Of a stretch of 64,000 nt of DNA, positions 62,882-64,000 are shown piece by piece (the first letter of the stretch is position 1; each line of letters starts with the position of its first letter). Below the pieces are notes generated by a model. The model made no database searches and was not told the DNA's origin. It saw nothing but the letters and a program-made list of their open reading frames with translations. Origin of the DNA: Streptosporangiaceae bacterium (lineage in GTDB: Bacteria; Actinomycetota; Actinomycetes; Streptosporangiales; Streptosporangiaceae); assembly GCA_019245115.1 (NCBI GenBank), contig JAFARZ010000211.1, positions 36,688 to 100,687 of the forward strand. Reading direction: 5' to 3'. A program made the position numbers and the translations under genes.

Positions 62882-63162
62882 TCACTCGTTCGTAGAGATG
62901 CTCATGTGCGTCCGGCGCCGGCATCGTCGGGCGGCACGGGGAAGCCAGTTACGCCGTCCACGATCACCCCGCTGAGTCCCGTGCCTGAACGCGACAACGG
63001 GAGCCCCGCACGCCTGCGCCTCGGCGGCGGCCGGGTCCGCCGAGGCGGCGGAGTCGGATGCCCGGTACAGCGTGCCGGCCAGAGATCGAGGATCGACTCC
63101 GGTGGCGATCACTTCGGCTCCCGGATCGCCGTCACCAGCGGCGCCATGATCGCGATCTTCAT
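62882..63162 (-). pseudogene. Degraded GT4-type glycosyltransferase (internal deletion plus frameshift)
   Basis: MKIAIMAPLVTAIREPK* (63162-63109) is a GT4-like N-terminus whose ATG overlaps the methyltransferase stop. It is followed by ...AEAQACGAPVVAF and, one frame over, GLSGVIVDGVTGFPVPPDD. Confidence 0.5.
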
Positions 63163-63941
63163 CCCGGCAGCACCTTGAAGGCCAGGTCGCGCGGCGGATT
63201 GATGCCCAGGACCTCGAAGGGAACGCTCCGCCAGCCGTGTCGCCTTACCTCGTCGGCCGCCTTCGGGTAGAAGATCTCGGCCATCTCCACCGCCTCGTCG
63301 TGGCTGCCGAACTCCACTGACATCGACCCTGGGAAGCTGACGTACCGGTAGCCGCGGGAGGTGAGCCACTTGAGGCGGTTCGGCCAGATGATGGCCACGC
63401 ACCCGCCCGGCCTGCATACCCGTTCCATCTCGGTCAGGCCGGCCTCGCCGCCATGCCCCGGCGAGGGGGTGAAGGCAGAGCAGGCGACGACCAGGTCGGC
63501 GAAATCGTCGGGCAGCGGCATCCGGTCGAAGAACCCGCTGATCACCCGCACCCGGTCCCCATGGTCGGCTGCCGCGAGCTTCCGCCGCAGGATGCGGCGC
63601 AGCGGCAGCGCGGGCTCCACGGCCACGATGCGCTGCCCTCGCTCGATCAGCTCCATGGTCAGCCGTCCAGTGCCCGCGCCGACCTCGGCGATCCGGTCCA
63701 CGTGGCACGGCAGCCAGTCCACCACAGCGGGATGGAGCTGTTCAGCGCTCGCCAGCCGGTCATAGAGCTCCGGTTCGAGCCGGTACACCAGTTCCCAGGC
63801 CAGCGCGATGTCGGTTTGCGGATCACCGTCCCCCCGCGGGACGAACCGCCTCGCCTCGTCACAGGTGAACACGCTCAGGTCCGCGGCCGTGTACCGTCTG
63901 CGCAGCTCGCGGCCCACCACGACCTCCACGACGGTCATCAC
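63159..63941 (-). CDS. Class I SAM-dependent methyltransferase
   Basis: Motif I IAEVGAGTGRLT. 260 aa. GTG-ATG start. Confidence 0.85.
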   Translation of the reverse strand: MMTVVEVVVGRELRRRYTAADLSVFTCDEARRFVPRGDGDPQTDIALAWELVYRLEPELYDRLASAEQLHPAVVDWLPCHVDRIAEVGAGTGRLTMELIERGQRIVAVEPALPLRRILRRKLAAADHGDRVRVISGFFDRMPLPDDFADLVVACSAFTPSPGHGGEAGLTEMERVCRPGGCVAIIWPNRLKWLTSRGYRYVSFPGSMSVEFGSHDEAVEMAEIFYPKAADEVRRHGWRSVPFEVLGINPPRDLAFKVLPG

Positions 63942-64000
63942 CCTCGTCTCTTTCGCGAGTTTTCACTATCGATAGACTACAACAGTGGGTTTGTCGCGGA

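Overview
High-GC (about 70%) actinomycete chromosomal segment carrying accessory metabolism. I call about 60 protein-coding genes, mostly in short operons that are often translationally coupled by ATGA/GTGA overlaps. I found no rRNA, tRNA, CRISPR array, integrase or transposase. Left to right: EamA and MFS efflux genes with MarR and YceI; an ABC-2 exporter divergent from a HisKA_3/NarL two-component pair; TetR plus MFS; a DUF574 methyltransferase; an arginine deiminase operon (NhaC-type carrier, arcD, arcA, small unannotated ORF); a truncated DnaG-like Toprim gene converging on a MazG-like gene; an L-fuconate dehydratase sugar-acid cluster with an ABC importer and GntR; VOC, HNH-like and GH18 chitinase genes; a 1.3-kb gene-free, repeat-dense region; an Xis/MerR-type HTH gene; a TIM-barrel/DUF993/Gfo-Idh-MocA operon; LacI; an APC permease and copper amine oxidase; enolase-superfamily, hemerythrin and MarR genes; GH6 and GH9 cellulases; a long minus-strand sugar-acid locus (GlucD-like, GH38, ABC importer, GntR, PhyH, kdgK, eda); a secreted propeller-like protein; SDRs; gene remnants; and a methyltransferase. 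I see no recognisable multi-gene defence or mobile system. The most unusual signals are non-coding: (1) a family of about 170-nt structured intergenic repeats, three full copies plus one hairpin-only copy; (2) a second family of about 55-bp nested palindromes, three copies, one supplying a gene's stop codon; (3) the repeat-dense desert at 30.7-32.0 kb, which includes a 54-bp perfect palindrome; (4) exact operator pairs that define three local regulons, one tying a copper amine oxidase to an uncharacterised DUF993 operon; (5) a GntR gene with no stop codon until 577 nt inside the next gene. All family names come from reading motifs by eye, since no searches could be run.
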